This document shows positions 51,479-64,000 of a stretch of 64,000 nucleotides of DNA, in pieces. A model generated the notes under the pieces. It did no database searches. It had not been told where the DNA came from and saw nothing but the letters and a program-made list of their open reading frames with translations. Positions within the stretch are counted from its first letter, which is position 1; each line of letters opens with the position of its first letter. This DNA is from Utricularia gibba (taxonomy: Eukaryota; Plantae; Magnoliophyta): the NCBI GenBank assembly GCA_002189035.1, contig NEEC01000014.1, positions 496,001 to 560,000 on the forward strand, written 5' to 3'. The translations under genes and the position numbers were made by a program.

Positions 51479-51928
51479 TCAGGCACCTGGAAAAAGTGGT
51501 AAAAGTTGGGGCGCAGATTCCGCCGGAGCGGTCATTCGCACCGGCGAAGGGTGCAAGTAAAATCTCTTCTCTCTGATCGCTTTATCCTCCGCGGCAAAGT
51601 CCAAGCCGCCGCAAAACGGGTCTCCGAAGAGCGGCGTCACCGGGCTGAGACCAGGCGAGGGGGACTCGACGGCACTAGAGGAAAACGTATCCGGCTCCGC
51701 CCAGCAACCCAGGCTGATGCTGAAGCTCTTGAGACTGTCTCTGCGCTCGTAGAGCTTGGGCTCCACGGCGGGGGTTTGGCTTGGGCGCGGCGTCACAGCG
51801 GAGCCGGTAAGCATTTGAACGACTTGTTTGAAGGAGATGGAGTCGGCGTGGATGAAAGTGGCCGGGCAAGCGTTTTTGGGTTCTACCGGAGAAGCGGGCC
51901 CCCGGTGAGGGATCCTCGGAGATTCCAT
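51479..51928 (-). CDS. VQ-motif protein (VQ4/MVQ-like)
   Basis: TFIHADSISFKQVVQMLTG (FxxxVQxLTG), KLYERR, SPVTPL, EDKAIREKRFYLHPSP, LLPLFP. Confidence 0.93.
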   Translation of the reverse strand: MESPRIPHRGPASPVEPKNACPATFIHADSISFKQVVQMLTGSAVTPRPSQTPAVEPKLYERRDSLKSFSISLGCWAEPDTFSSSAVESPSPGLSPVTPLFGDPFCGGLDFAAEDKAIREKRFYLHPSPVRMTAPAESAPQLLPLFPGA

Positions 51929-53852
51929 TTGCCGGCGGTGGGGGAGGCGAGTGAGATACGGCCAGATTTGTAGGCACATTTGTTGAGAAAGCAGCGTAAA
52001 TATTTCCAAGGCATTTGATAAGGAGTGAGGATGCCCGCCTCCTCTGCGTCTCCGCGTTCCGTGACTGTTTTTTGACTGTTTCCGCTCGCCCGAAGCTTCC
52101 TACGACTTTCTTAACTGCCCAGAAGTGTCCGACTCGGACAAGGACTCGTTTGATGACATAACTGCACACAACAAAAATTGGTATTTTTAATTTTTATAAA
52201 AATAGTACCATTATTTACATAAATATTTTAATATAAATAATTTTAATTATTTTCTATTACCACAAAATTGATTTATATTATTAAAGGATCAGACTATAAG
52301 AATATATTATAATATTTTAATTTCGAACTAAAAAATAAAACTTCCCTGCTTCGTTTGGACTTTGAAAGTCCATCGAAGGTTCTCAAATGGGCCTCAAAAG
52401 AAAAAGTATGACACGACGAATGGCCCAGTAGGCCGGCAGTCCTATTTATTTTCAATTATATTTTCTTTTTTTTTTCATTAGAAATTTCTTCCACATTTCT
52501 CATGTACCTCTTTTTCAATATGAAAAAGACTAATTTAAAGTTGGACTAACTACTTGGATGATTTTTGCAGTTGTAAATTATATTTGGAATTAAATAATCA
52601 TATAAATAATTATTTAATGATTCTCGTGCATATGTTACAGTCAGTCTATCATTAAAAATCGATAGATGAGTGGACGTATTAAAATGATTAAAATGTATTT
52701 GAAAACTAAAAAAAATAAAATAAACTCAAATTTGATCAAATTATAAATCTGAGTTTTTTTATTAGTAAAAATATTTAGTTATGAATATAAAATTTAAATG
52801 ATATCTATGCAATATAATTATTTAAAAAATCGAATGAACATTTTATATATTCCTATCAATTTAAATGATCAAATATATTAATATCTGAAACGATTTTAAT
52901 TAATGACGTGTTTTGTATAAATATTAGAATTTAAAACACACGTGTGCTAATATAGAATTAATGGCAACCGAAGACCCAATTTTGTTGTTAAATGCAATTA
53001 ATTACTAATTACACACATTAATAGGATTAGAAGAGTAATTAGTGCCTACTAAACGTCATAATTAGTGTGTGGGCTCCACAGTCCTCGCGGTATTGGCATG
53101 GAGTTCCGTGTGGGGTTGGGTTGTGATGCGGTTCTTCGAAATTCAAAATTGGGGAAAATAATATTTTGTTAGGTCAGAAGAGGAGGTTCCGTGAACCTTG
53201 TCTTGATCTGTATAAATTTCAATCAATCTGAATATTCGTTTCCCGGATTGGGCCACAAATATCCAGTGTCTGGTTTTTTGGATTTTTTGAGTGATTTTTC
53301 ATTTCTTATTCGTGTTGATCGCCAATTTGAGAGTTCAGTTTTTTTCTTCTTTTTTTTGTGTTGTGGATTTATTTTTCGTGATTTGTGGGATTTGGAGGAG
53401 TTAGGGTTATTGGATTCACATTTCACGGACTTTCAAGATTGGACTTTTTTTTGGTTATGGTAAAACACTCCAGATAGAATCCAGATGTTGATGGGTTCTT
53501 TTGCGTGAAGAAGAAAACATGATATTCATTTCCCTTGTTTGTAAGTGGTTTGGGCAAATGCTTTGATCGCCCTTTTTTGTTGATTCATGTGGGGAAGTTT
53601 CATTGATTGTTGGTGTGGTACACTTCTATATATGTGTATACTTTTGCTGAGGGGAAAAGGGTTTACATATTCAGATACATTGTTTATTTTGAGCGAAGAT
53701 CTGAAGTTGGGAGGTGAATTATACGCTGCTGAGCAGTAAAAAATTTCCTTTTTGGTGGATTCACGGGTCTAGAGTATCAATCAGTCCGATTGATTGCTAT
53801 AACTTTTAAGCAGGGACATGAGAAGCGAAACGTGGGTGTTGACTAGACAACA

Positions 53853-56817
53853 ATGACTACTGGGTCATTGGGTCTTCGATCTTCGGCAAGTTGTGGATCA
53901 TTGCAACAGCCGCCGCAGGTTCAGAATGGATCATCTTCACCACCAATTCAAAGTATACCCCAAGTTGGTAGGAAGGTCAAACCGCTCAAGGAGAAGGAGA
54001 AGTTCATACACCGTATCTTCAAACTTGGCCTTCGTCGGGGGTGGGGATGCTCCTCCTATGTATTGTCTCCATTGCAGTTCTCGTGTTGGTGTCACAAATT
54101 GGCAAAGGTTCGGCTTTCTGAGTTCACATTTGGTTTCAAGAAAAAGGCAATTTTGTTTTAGGCCATATTAAATCATTCAAAGAGAACTACCAAAATGATA
54201 AAATCTCAGCTTTTGTAAATCCAAGTCTAAGCCAAGCCTCTTCTCAATATTTAAGCGGACAATGTGTTAAAAGCATCTTCTGATATTGAGAAGCTAGGTG
54301 GTATATGTTTCTCACAGTGTGAAGTCATGCATTGGTGAATAGATTGGTAAAAGATGGGGCTTCGGATCAAACCTATTCTTTTCCTGATTTTGTTTTGGTC
54401 AAGCTGAAATATCTCGAGGGAGTTTATTTTTATGAAAGGAATGGAAGGTAGATGATTCACGCAACAGGAGATCTAATAAAATCACTAACAGATAATAAAC
54501 TAATTTTGATGATTTTTCCTCACAGTGTGGGCTCCTTTTCATTCAGCTCATTGAGAATATTGTCAATAAGCCTTATAAATGTGTTCTTGCAGGAGAAGAT
54601 CCTCGAGAAGTCACTGTTCAACACATAAATATTATGCCTGGTCAGTTTGATGTTGAGGTTGATTTGGTACCTCCTGTTTTAAGTACAATTTCTTCAGCAC
54701 TATCGCCATCAGCACCTTCATCTCCACTTGTCTTCTTCACTGGATACAAGCTCCCTCCAGGAAATCCATGTGAGAACTTTGCATTGCCTCCACCTCCAGC
54801 AGATAAAAAAAGGACAGGGCCCCGAAGTGAGTTTTGGTTTTTCATATTGCTTGGTATAACGAAGATATGGTTCATGGGAATATGGCGTGACTTATTTGGT
54901 TTTCATATGTTGTAATCTTGCAGGGTGCCCTGTGTGCTATCTGCCTTTAGAAGATGCTATTTCCTTAATGCCAAAAGCTCCATCATTTTCCCCGGTGATA
55001 AAAGATTTGAGATTTATTCATGAAAAAACTTTAACAAAATCCGAATTCGGAGGTTCAGACTTTGGTGGATATCCATCACTCAAGCAAAGGAATGATTCGT
55101 ATGACGTGAGGGAGTCCATGAATGTACATTGTGGGTATGATGTTTTCCTTTGGGATATTCAGACTAGTGCTTTCAACCACGTCAGCTTGATCATTTTAGA
55201 AAATTTTCTATTCTTTGCAGACATGAGATCTCAGGAATGTTGAGCTCGTTTTTTCTAACATAAAGTATCTTATCAGGTTTGTCAAGGGGGTGAAACCAGG
55301 TAACCAGTCTGGGTTTGAAATTGATAACTCCGATCTCCTTGAAATGGAAACTTGTAGAGGAATTGTCATTGCGTCGGCAATATTTGGTATAGCCTTTCAT
55401 GCTTGAGTAATATATATACATATATTATCATCTTTCTCAGTATTTTGTGTAATTTTTTTCAGGGGCATTTGATATAATCCGGCAACCAAAGAATATGAGC
55501 CAGTACTCCAAAAACAATGTGTGTTTTCATATGTTTGTTGATGAAGAGACAAAGGATTTTCTTACAAACTCATCTGAGCTTAACAATGACACGAAAGTTG
55601 GGCTCTGGAGGATTATTGTTGTCCATAACCTGCCGTATTCTGATCCAAGACGCAATGGGAAGGTAAAATTTTTTTTCTTTTTTGTGGATGCAGCATGGGC
55701 ACTAATTTAAAGTTTTCCTTATTCATTTCTTTTTTTTTTCATTGAAATGAATGACAACTAACGGTCTTTCTTCTTTTTTCGATTTTTCTCTGTCATAAGA
55801 TTCCAAAGTTGCTCCTTCACCGACTTTTTCCCAATGCACGATATTCACTATGGGTTGATGCTAAACTCGAGCTGGTTGTTGATCCGGTTATAATACTTGA
55901 AAGGTATATACCTCTCCAAGCGCACGCATTCTTCTTTGCCACCATTTTTAATGCGAATATTACATGCAGGTTTTTGTGGAGAGCGAATGCAAGTTTTGCC
56001 ATATCAAGACATTACAAGCGTTTTGATGTATTTGTAGAGGCTGAAGCTAATAAAGCTGCGGCTAAGTATGATAATAGTTCCATCGATTTTCAGATTGACT
56101 TTTACAAGAAGGAGGGTTTAACTCCATATTCTGAGAGCAAGCTGCCCATTACTAGTGGTAGAAGCACTGTTAGCTCTTTTGTTTTCTGATATAATTTCTT
56201 ATTATACTTTTGCATTTTGTTTCTAACTTGTAGTCAGTTTTTGTGTTCTAGATGTTCCTGAAGGATGTGTGATAATTAGGGAGCACATTCCTATCACCAA
56301 TCTCTTCACCTGTCTTTGGTTTAACGAAGTTGATCGATTTACATCAAGAGACCAGCTAAGTTTTTCTACTGTTCGGGACAAGATCTGGTCCAGAACTAAC
56401 TATACCATCAATATGTTCCTGGACTGTGAAAGACGTGACTTTGTGAACCAGGTACTCTTTCTTTTTGTTTTGGGGGGTACTAACCTTCAGTAAAAACACA
56501 TTTACATTGTCATCATACTTTCTGATATCATGTATAAGTTGATACATTTTACACTTCTCAGCAACTGTGATTTGAAATATTTTCCACAGGGCTATCACAG
56601 AGATATACTGGAGCAGATGTCACCGCCGCCCAAGACTCATATTTCAACACCCTTGATCATGAATGGTGATAGACAGAATAAAGCCCCGCTCGGTATTCGT
56701 CTGTCTGAGGGCTATACAACCAGCCCAATGAAGAAAGCTCCCACCAAGCGTGGGAAAGACCGGCACTCCCGGCGCCACCGGAAAATTGTTGCGGATGGTA
56801 AAGATCTAAGCAGCTAA
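53853..56817 (+). CDS. DUF616 (TOD1/MUCI70-like) glycosyltransferase-type protein, multi-exon; apparent 1-nt frameshift at 54037-54041
   Basis: MTTGSLGLRSS start; PPGNPCENFALPPPPADKKRTGPR|CPVCYLP; FGGYPSLKQR; VHCG|FV; RRNGK|IPKLLLHRLFPNARYSLWVDAKL; WFNEVDRFTSRDQLSF. The TM segment GVGMLLLCIVSIAVL appears only after a -1 shift. Confidence 0.92.
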
Positions 56818-57697
56818 AAAGTTTTTTGGTCGGAGCTGGAATCATCTTTGCTCGTGCGCCTGAGAATGCTGGGAAGTCAGTTCCCCCGCATGATGAGAAA
56901 TAGAGTTATGATACCTGAGAATCGCGGTACAAAAAAGAATTCTTGATCCTGGAGAGGGAAGTCTGTGGATGAGCTTCTTGCCCCCTAGACATCGTGTACT
57001 CTGCATTTTTTTTTTCATTGTGCATATATATAGTTCCATTTCTTGATATTCATTTACATCCAAAGGGATGAATAAAAAAGCAAAGCAAAAAAAAGGATAA
57101 ACTTTTCCCGCATTTGAGCGTTACGGACCAAAGATGGGGGATGAGGGGATCTTGATCTCATAATTCACAGTATTCTGCAAGTTTTGACGTCGACGCCCAT
57201 TTGGGGCACCAAAATTCATGAAAAGCTTTAATTTTGATCGAGAAAAAGGTGCAATTGTTACGATACTGGGAGTGATGCTCAGGAAGCTCCAATGACTTCT
57301 AACAGTTCAAGTATTTGGAGCGAGAATCTGTATTGCAGATGCAGATCATGCTGATTTCATGTTCCCAGCTTGAACATAGGATCTAATTCCTTGCCTTCAT
57401 CAACAATGGCTGCTCTGAAATGGCCTCTAGCTTTTGCCGCCGTGATGGTTCTCCTTCGCTTCTCCCGGAGGAGTTGAGTTTAAATCCAGATGAACGAACG
57501 GTTGTAATGTGGTAATAATGCACTGCACCTTGGAATAAAACAATGAAATCTTGCTTACTCTCAATGCCCTTTTCTATATTTTGGTAAGAAACAAGCGTCC
57601 TATTCTGCATATGCACATATATAGTTTGTTAGTTGAAAGAATCATGTGCTTCTGTGTATTGAGTCAACAAAAACCAGCAGCAGCAGCAGATATATTG

Positions 57698-60224
57698 CTA
57701 TATATTGGGATAAGAGCGCCTGCGTTTGTGTTTGAGGCCATTGCGAGGAAAGGGATCCACCCAGTCCTTGTCCTCAGCAACTGCCTTCTCCCACCGTTTC
57801 TTGAATGTTTGAAGTTCATACATCGACTGCCTTCGTATCTGCACACAACCCACAAATGAAACGCTTGCTTGAGACGAGAGCAAACCAGGGTCGATGGTTT
57901 GCGTCAAGAAGAGTTGAGAAAACTGACCTCAACTCTCACATCGTAGACTCGCTTCTACACACACAACAGCAACCAGAAGATTACTAGTTAGAATTTATGC
58001 TGCGAGAGGCTTCAAGTTTGTTCCTTGCATGAAAACATAAGCTTGGTGGTAAGGGAAAAACATATGGGAACTTACTCTTGCTGCTTCTTGAATTGGAACC
58101 TGCATTGATGCAAAAGTGATGATTAGGTGAGAACCATCTACGGGACAAGAAAAAGTTCAAGACTTTGATGTCGAAGCTGACCTTCTTTGCAGACGAACCA
58201 CCTAATGTTTGTATACCCTGATGTATAACGTATTCGCTATCTACAATACCGACATTTTTTGTTCGATCTCCCTACAAGTTAAGCAGGAGCAGTTTTGCAT
58301 CAAGAGAGCAAATGGCAGGGAGGCTCATGCATATGGATATGAGTATTGGAATAATGGTTGTGTATCCACTTTGTCCAGAGTTTATATACTGAGTCTTACT
58401 TGCGCACAGTAGCCAAGTTTCATGTCCATCCCCCATCCATGAACAAGATCATTCTGTCAAGAGAGAAAGATTCAGAAAACAGGGGAAGAAATATGAAGGT
58501 GCATCAGGGTGTGATATGCTCCATAAGCTTGGAGATAGTAGCATCTGAGGGAGAATTTGTACAAATGAACAGAATCCTTACCTGTATCAAATGCCAGGCA
58601 CATTGCCAAGCAGATCTAGAGAATACCGGAGCCATCCCTTCGACGAACCTGAAGAAACAATAAGATAGCCATTTATTTTTCTAAAGCTTCTGCACAGCCC
58701 CTAATTCAGAGGCAGATGAGTGAATACTCTGTTTGGGATTTATATGCAAAATTGTTTTACAATTGGCAACTCACCCACTGCACGGTGGACCTTCGCTGTC
58801 TTCTGAACACTTGATGCTTCCTCTTGCATCATAGATTTGTCTGCATAAAAAAGAAAATAAAACATACAAAGGTATTGAAATGGGATCAAGAAAACAAGTT
58901 TCAACCATGGAACTTACCTGTGGAAGTCATGCATTCTGTTTCTCACTGTAATCCGATGGTGTATGCCAGATGAATTGGGATCCAAAGCCGGTTGAGAAAT
59001 CTCAAAACCTTCAGACTTGATGATTTCCAGATACCTGAGGTAAAATGGATCAGAAAATAACCAATTCATATGCATAACACAGAATTATATACCTTCCAGG
59101 GTGAAAATTCTCCACTCCCAAATCTTCATCCCAAAGGAAAATGTAATCATAGATTGAGACAACAGCCGGATGTAAGAAGCGTTTAGCAAACCACCTACGC
59201 GAAACAGCAATTCGGTATATGCGTTGCATCTAGAGTTCAGACACTTCAAAAATTTTGACAAGGCAGACAACTAGATAAACAGAACATGGTCTCACCATTT
59301 CGTTTGATTATGAGCCACCAAGTGTATAGCTTCAGTACTCCATTCCAAATCCCACCATCCATCCAAGCTTTTATCGTAATGGAATAGAATGACAGTAAAG
59401 TTTTCTAGAAGAAACTGAAGCCACCATGTTAAGGCAAAAAATGAACCAATTCTAATGGCTTGCTTTCAGTGTTTTAAAGAAGCTATCTCATACCTTTCTA
59501 ACTATAGAGTCTACGTTTAGCTTTTGTTTAATTCCAACAGGCATTGCAAGCAAATTATGAGAGCTCTTCTTCGCCTGAGAAGATAAGTAGAAATGCTTGA
59601 TCATTCATCTATAAGAACCATGTGAAATCTCTGTGTTATAAGACAGTAAACTACACCTTTTTCTTGGAATTGTTTGTCATCCAAAGAGGCTTTAGCTCAA
59701 GGTCAGAGCTTGCTTCAATTATACCACGAGGTAAACTACGCAAACTTGAGATACTACCCACTCCATCCTAAGTTCAAAGAGATTATTATGATCATATATA
59801 AGTTTCATGGTGATTCTGAAAGCAGATTAAAAGGAGATTTCTTGCTACCCTTGATGAATACAACAGCAGATTAAATCCATGTTCCACACCAAAACCAATT
59901 GCTTTAACACAGATCGATCTTCAAAAAGAAACGAAGCAGTACCTCCAGGTCAAATAGCTTAGTTGCTTGATACTGATAATATGCTGTTCTCGAAATCATG
60001 AACAGTACTACTGCACAGGCAATCCCAACAAGTGGAAGCTGCTTCATCTTTGCCCCACATGCTCCCTGCAGTTACATCCGCAATTAGAACAGTCTTGAAT
60101 GTTTGAGCAACACGACAAAAGAACTACAAAAGTCACCCAAACATAAGAAAAACATAACATATACCCCTTCAAGTGAGAAATTCCGTTTCTTCGCAAACCA
60201 CCTCCACGAAGCAGGTCTTTTCAT
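57698..60224 (-). CDS. DUF707 family protein, many small exons (5' UTR probably extends to ~60960)
   Basis: LPRGIIEASSDLELKPLW, LLAMPVGIKQK, FTVILFHYD, WFAKRFLHP...YDYIFLWDEDLGVENF, ISQPALD, GWGMDMKLGYCAQ|GDRTKNVGIVDSEY, IRRQSMYEL..FKKRWEKAVAEDKDWVDPF. Confidence 0.9.
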
Positions 60225-62956
60225 AGCCTCCTCCAAGATGTAACTCTCAGGATATACTACAGAGAACTCTTATTACAGCAACACTTGAAATAAGAAATCA
60301 AATTAAGTTTCATTGGTATAGTTCTCTTCATGCGAACCATACTTTCTATTTTTTTCACTAGACTCACATCAACCACCGTGGATGTTTACTCTTTCAGCTA
60401 CAAATTTTCCACTCTAAACTCGAAATACCATGGAACGCTATTTCAAAACCTTATCGACAATAAGGTAATCCAGCAAACCGCAAAACCCATCCCTCAAAGC
60501 CCGAAGCTTGATTCTTTTAAGAGATGACTATTACTCTCCATAAAATCAAAGCAGCGAAAAACCCACACACCCTCCACATGTTTCATAAAAAACAGCACAG
60601 AGCTCCAAGATTCAACGAGGACGCAGGATTCCAGTACCAAGCAGGGATTTCGATATCAACAAAAAAACAAAAAGAACCTTAATATTTAAATCTGCGAATA
60701 CCTTGAAACCCATGAAAATCGATTTTCCGGGAGCCGATCAAGCAGCAAATAAGTCCAAAACACCACCTAGATTAAGTTCAGTACATACCCATCACACACA
60801 TAGATACAAAAACACAAAGATACATAACTGGGATTCAAAGAATCCAAATATTCGTCCGTATATACACACCTAGGAGAGCGTGTTGATGCGTGAAAACAGG
60901 CGAAGACGAAGAGAAGAAGAGTTCCACGTATGACAGAGAGAGGAGGAAGACGCAGCAGCGTGCTCCGTAGACGCGCACGGTGCCCAATAATTTCCGGCTC
61001 TAAAAGAATTTGTTTAAGGAATAGAATTTTAGGACACTTAAATGCCCAAAAGTCAAAGGTCAAACTTGCAATTATTATTATTCCCATAGAATCAACATCT
61101 CCCCCCTCCCCCTCCCATCTTTATTAAATAAAAATAATGAATAAATTATTTACTTATTTATTATTATTGTATTATGGATAAAGTTTGGATCATTATGGCA
61201 GCATTATTATTGTGGGGGAGACATGTTGCTCTTCTTATGGCTCCAGCTAAATGGTCAACTTTTCTCTATAGGAAAAATATAAGTATGTGATGGCTATTGA
61301 TATGGTAATTATGCTTACTATGGTTATCAATATAACTACCAAATTTTGAAATTTTATGGAATTTAACCAAATTAGGCGTATATCAAATACTGAAATATCA
61401 TAGAAAGAATCGATATCGAAATATCGAAAATGATATATGTTTTTAGTTGTGTTGTTAGGGAGTGAATCTCAACCATTATTAGCTTGTGCTTCACAATGAA
61501 AATGTTTATTAATTAAAAGTTAATAAAATAATATAATTTTTTTATATCAAATTTTAATATGGAAATTACTTATTGAATAATTATAGATATTTATACTGAG
61601 CTTTATTTGAATTTAAATATTTTTAAAATAAATGTTTAATAAAATTATAATTTTTATTACTATGAATATTATTATATTAGTACTTGGTCGCAAAAATGAT
61701 TAGCCTAGTGGGCCCACAGCGGATTTCTCATTTTGGGCCGGGGAGGAAATTGGATTGTGTTTCTGGGCCGAGTCGGGTGTTAACCCGATGTGTGCAGTGG
61801 AGGCGGTTTCTCAATCCAATGAGTCTGCATGTGACCAGCAAAGCTTTCAGACATTCATGGCATTTAAAGCATGGGGAACGTAAGAGTGGAGGTTCAGTGT
61901 AAGACCGTTTCCTTGTCTTACAAGAGCTGTGATTTATTGCAGAAAGGGGCAATGTGAAAAAGACCAGAGCATGTGAGACAGAAGAACTACGAGGCCTTCT
62001 CCTTAAGTGTGTATACATAAAGAACATTGCTTGCAGACCGACCAACCCATCTTCTTGTATTACAGTACTGCACGGCTGTGGGGCGGGGCCTGAGTCTCTC
62101 TCTGGTTTGCAGGCAGCCCAGCCAACAATGGCGTTATCGTGGTTTTTTCAACTTTCCACACCAGAAAAAAATATCGATTTTGCTTCCCCCGATGCAAACA
62201 TGACTGCAACTCGCGGGTAGGAGTTGTAGGCCCCTTCTCCTTTTCCCACAAATAGCAAGTAGGTTTCTTCATCAATTGTCTCAGAGGACGCTCTTCTCCT
62301 TCCCCATTGCGCCCCTCTATAGAAATTGGAGAAGCATGAAGCCCCAATTCAGGTTCTTGAGTCTGTAGTGGTGTGTGGCTCATGATTGACGCTAATCGTA
62401 TTATTTTTAGTTGATTCTGTGTGGCCCAGGTTACATAGAGTAGGGATTTCTTGGTTTTCTTGCTTGATATTGTGGTTCTTGATGAAAGTTGAAATCTTTT
62501 GCTCCATTTGCATGATTCTTGAGCAGAATCTAGTTCACTTTCTATAGAGATTTACTGGTGTTCGTTCTTAATATGGGTGGTTATTGATGACGGTTGAAAC
62601 CCATAATGAAAACCAATTAGAAATATGCAGAGATTGGCTTGCTTGCTTTCTTCCTTATCTCTGGTTCTTGATGACAACACTTGAAGAAAAAGGCGTTAAC
62701 GATTGATGCTTCATCTTGATCGGAACGTAGTTAGATTCCATAGATAATTGCTGCTTTTCTTGTCTCTCTGAAGATTCTGGAACTGATTCTATCAAGATTT
62801 GTTAGTTTCCCTTCTCCAACTCATTGCCTGTGGGGCAAGAATCCTGTTCCTGATGAAACCCAACTTTCAGAAAGCAGAGCTCCGGCTAGATCCCCCCAAC
62901 AGGCGCCTGCTCTCTCTTCTCTCCCAGACTCCCTTCACAGCTCCCCACATCCAACA

Positions 62957-63232
62957 ATGGGATTGGTGGAGAGACTGCAGACCCTCGGGAGGAAACAGTG
63001 CAAGAACATGTACTGGAAACTGAGAGCAACCGCAAGGAGAAGAGGGCCAACCAGGAAGAAGCAGCAGCTCAAATTCCAGTATGATCCTTACAGCTATTCA
63101 CTCAACTTTGATGATGGTTTCGCAGAGCAGCAACACCCATCTTCCTCCTGCTGCTGCTGCCTGCTTGTTCAAAGAAACCTTCAGGAGTCTCCAGGCAACA
63201 GGATCATGTGGGTGTATGTTGTCCTTCACTAG
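62957..63232 (+). CDS. Small uncharacterised basic protein with the conserved FQYDPxSYxLNFDDG motif
   Basis: 91-aa ORF: WKLRA...RR...KFQYDPYSYSLNFDDG. Probable 5' UTR intron upstream (~62361-62800). Confidence 0.78.
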   Translation: MGLVERLQTLGRKQCKNMYWKLRATARRRGPTRKKQQLKFQYDPYSYSLNFDDGFAEQQHPSSSCCCCLLVQRNLQESPGNRIMWVYVVLH

Positions 63233-64000
63233 ACAAATGGGAAAAGTTTTCATCCCCCCACCCTTCCACTCTTGTCTTTTCTCCTTCGCCTTCACGCTCT
63301 TCCATTGTCGTAGAAGTCACTTCTTACATTATTAGGGCTTCAAAATACGGATGAATTAAAAATCTGATTTTGTGGCGTGTGATAAATTTGTTAATTTGTA
63401 AGATAGAATATACGAATGATCATTTTTTAAATGTATTTTAAAATATTGAAATATAAATTCAACTAAATTCATAAATATTTACTTTGACTATACACACGGT
63501 TTTAGAATTATTTGCAAAACGATTTTTTAAATAAAAAGAAATTTATGTTCATATAAAATTGGTGTTTTAAAATGAATCCAAATTAGATTTAATTCAATCA
63601 AAATTCATAATTAAATTAGAGAATTCTAATTTTTATTTTTTAAATATTGATTTTGATCTTATTATAAAATTATGAAAAACAAGTTTATGAGTTCAAACTT
63701 GTTTTTAAAATAATTAGTATTTTAGAAATGAATTCAATCCATCATCCGGTTTATTCTTGATTTTAAATTAATTTTTGTAATGATTTGAATCTGATTGAAT
63801 AATATATTATAAAAAATAAAAATAATTATCTAAATTTGGTATTTTTTAAATTTAACATTTTTATAAAAAATATTGAATCCGAACTAAAAAATCATAAATT
63901 TGGATTGAATGGGGTGGAACATTAGGTTTAGTAAATTATTTTAAAACATTGTACGGTAATAATAAACATATGATATTTCTAATAGGATATGATATAAATT

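Noticed and set aside
51479-51490. Novel intron at the VQ gene end (CCAG|GTGCCT) explaining the short tail
   Set aside because: No downstream acceptor or exon giving the usual VTSPR-type tail was found.
61684-62383. Short ORFs upstream of the FQYDP-motif gene
   Set aside because: No recognisable domains and conflicting frames; probably promoter or UTR sequence.

Overview
Very gene-dense eudicot nuclear DNA, with about 26 genes or pseudogenes in 64 kb, short introns and AT-rich spacers. This suggests a compact genome, but the taxon cannot be identified from sequence alone. In order: GASA, CDPK, GAR1, alpha-1,4-glycosyltransferase, three tandem IRT1-like ZIP transporters (the middle one split by a 5.5-kb Ty1/copia element with 5-bp TSD and a PBS that appears to match tRNA-Trp), CbbY-like HAD hydrolase, VPS54, DRT111/SPF45, NCED, RPL18a, purine permease, CTD-phosphatase-like gene with a premature stop, DUF641, a group II CEP precursor hidden by a frameshift, bHLH, RabA1, E6-like, F-box, NFD6-like, an OB-fold pseudogene, VQ, DUF616, DUF707 and a small FQYDP-motif protein. 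The most unusual points are: (1) an NCED apparently carrying three introns although angiosperm NCEDs are normally intronless, with other signs of intron turnover; (2) a copia element with a non-Met primer site and a TATA-less 3' LTR inserted in an iron-transporter exon; (3) six genes each missing one base in a homopolymer run, most likely long-read consensus error that would mislead annotation. All family calls are from recalled motifs; no database search was run.
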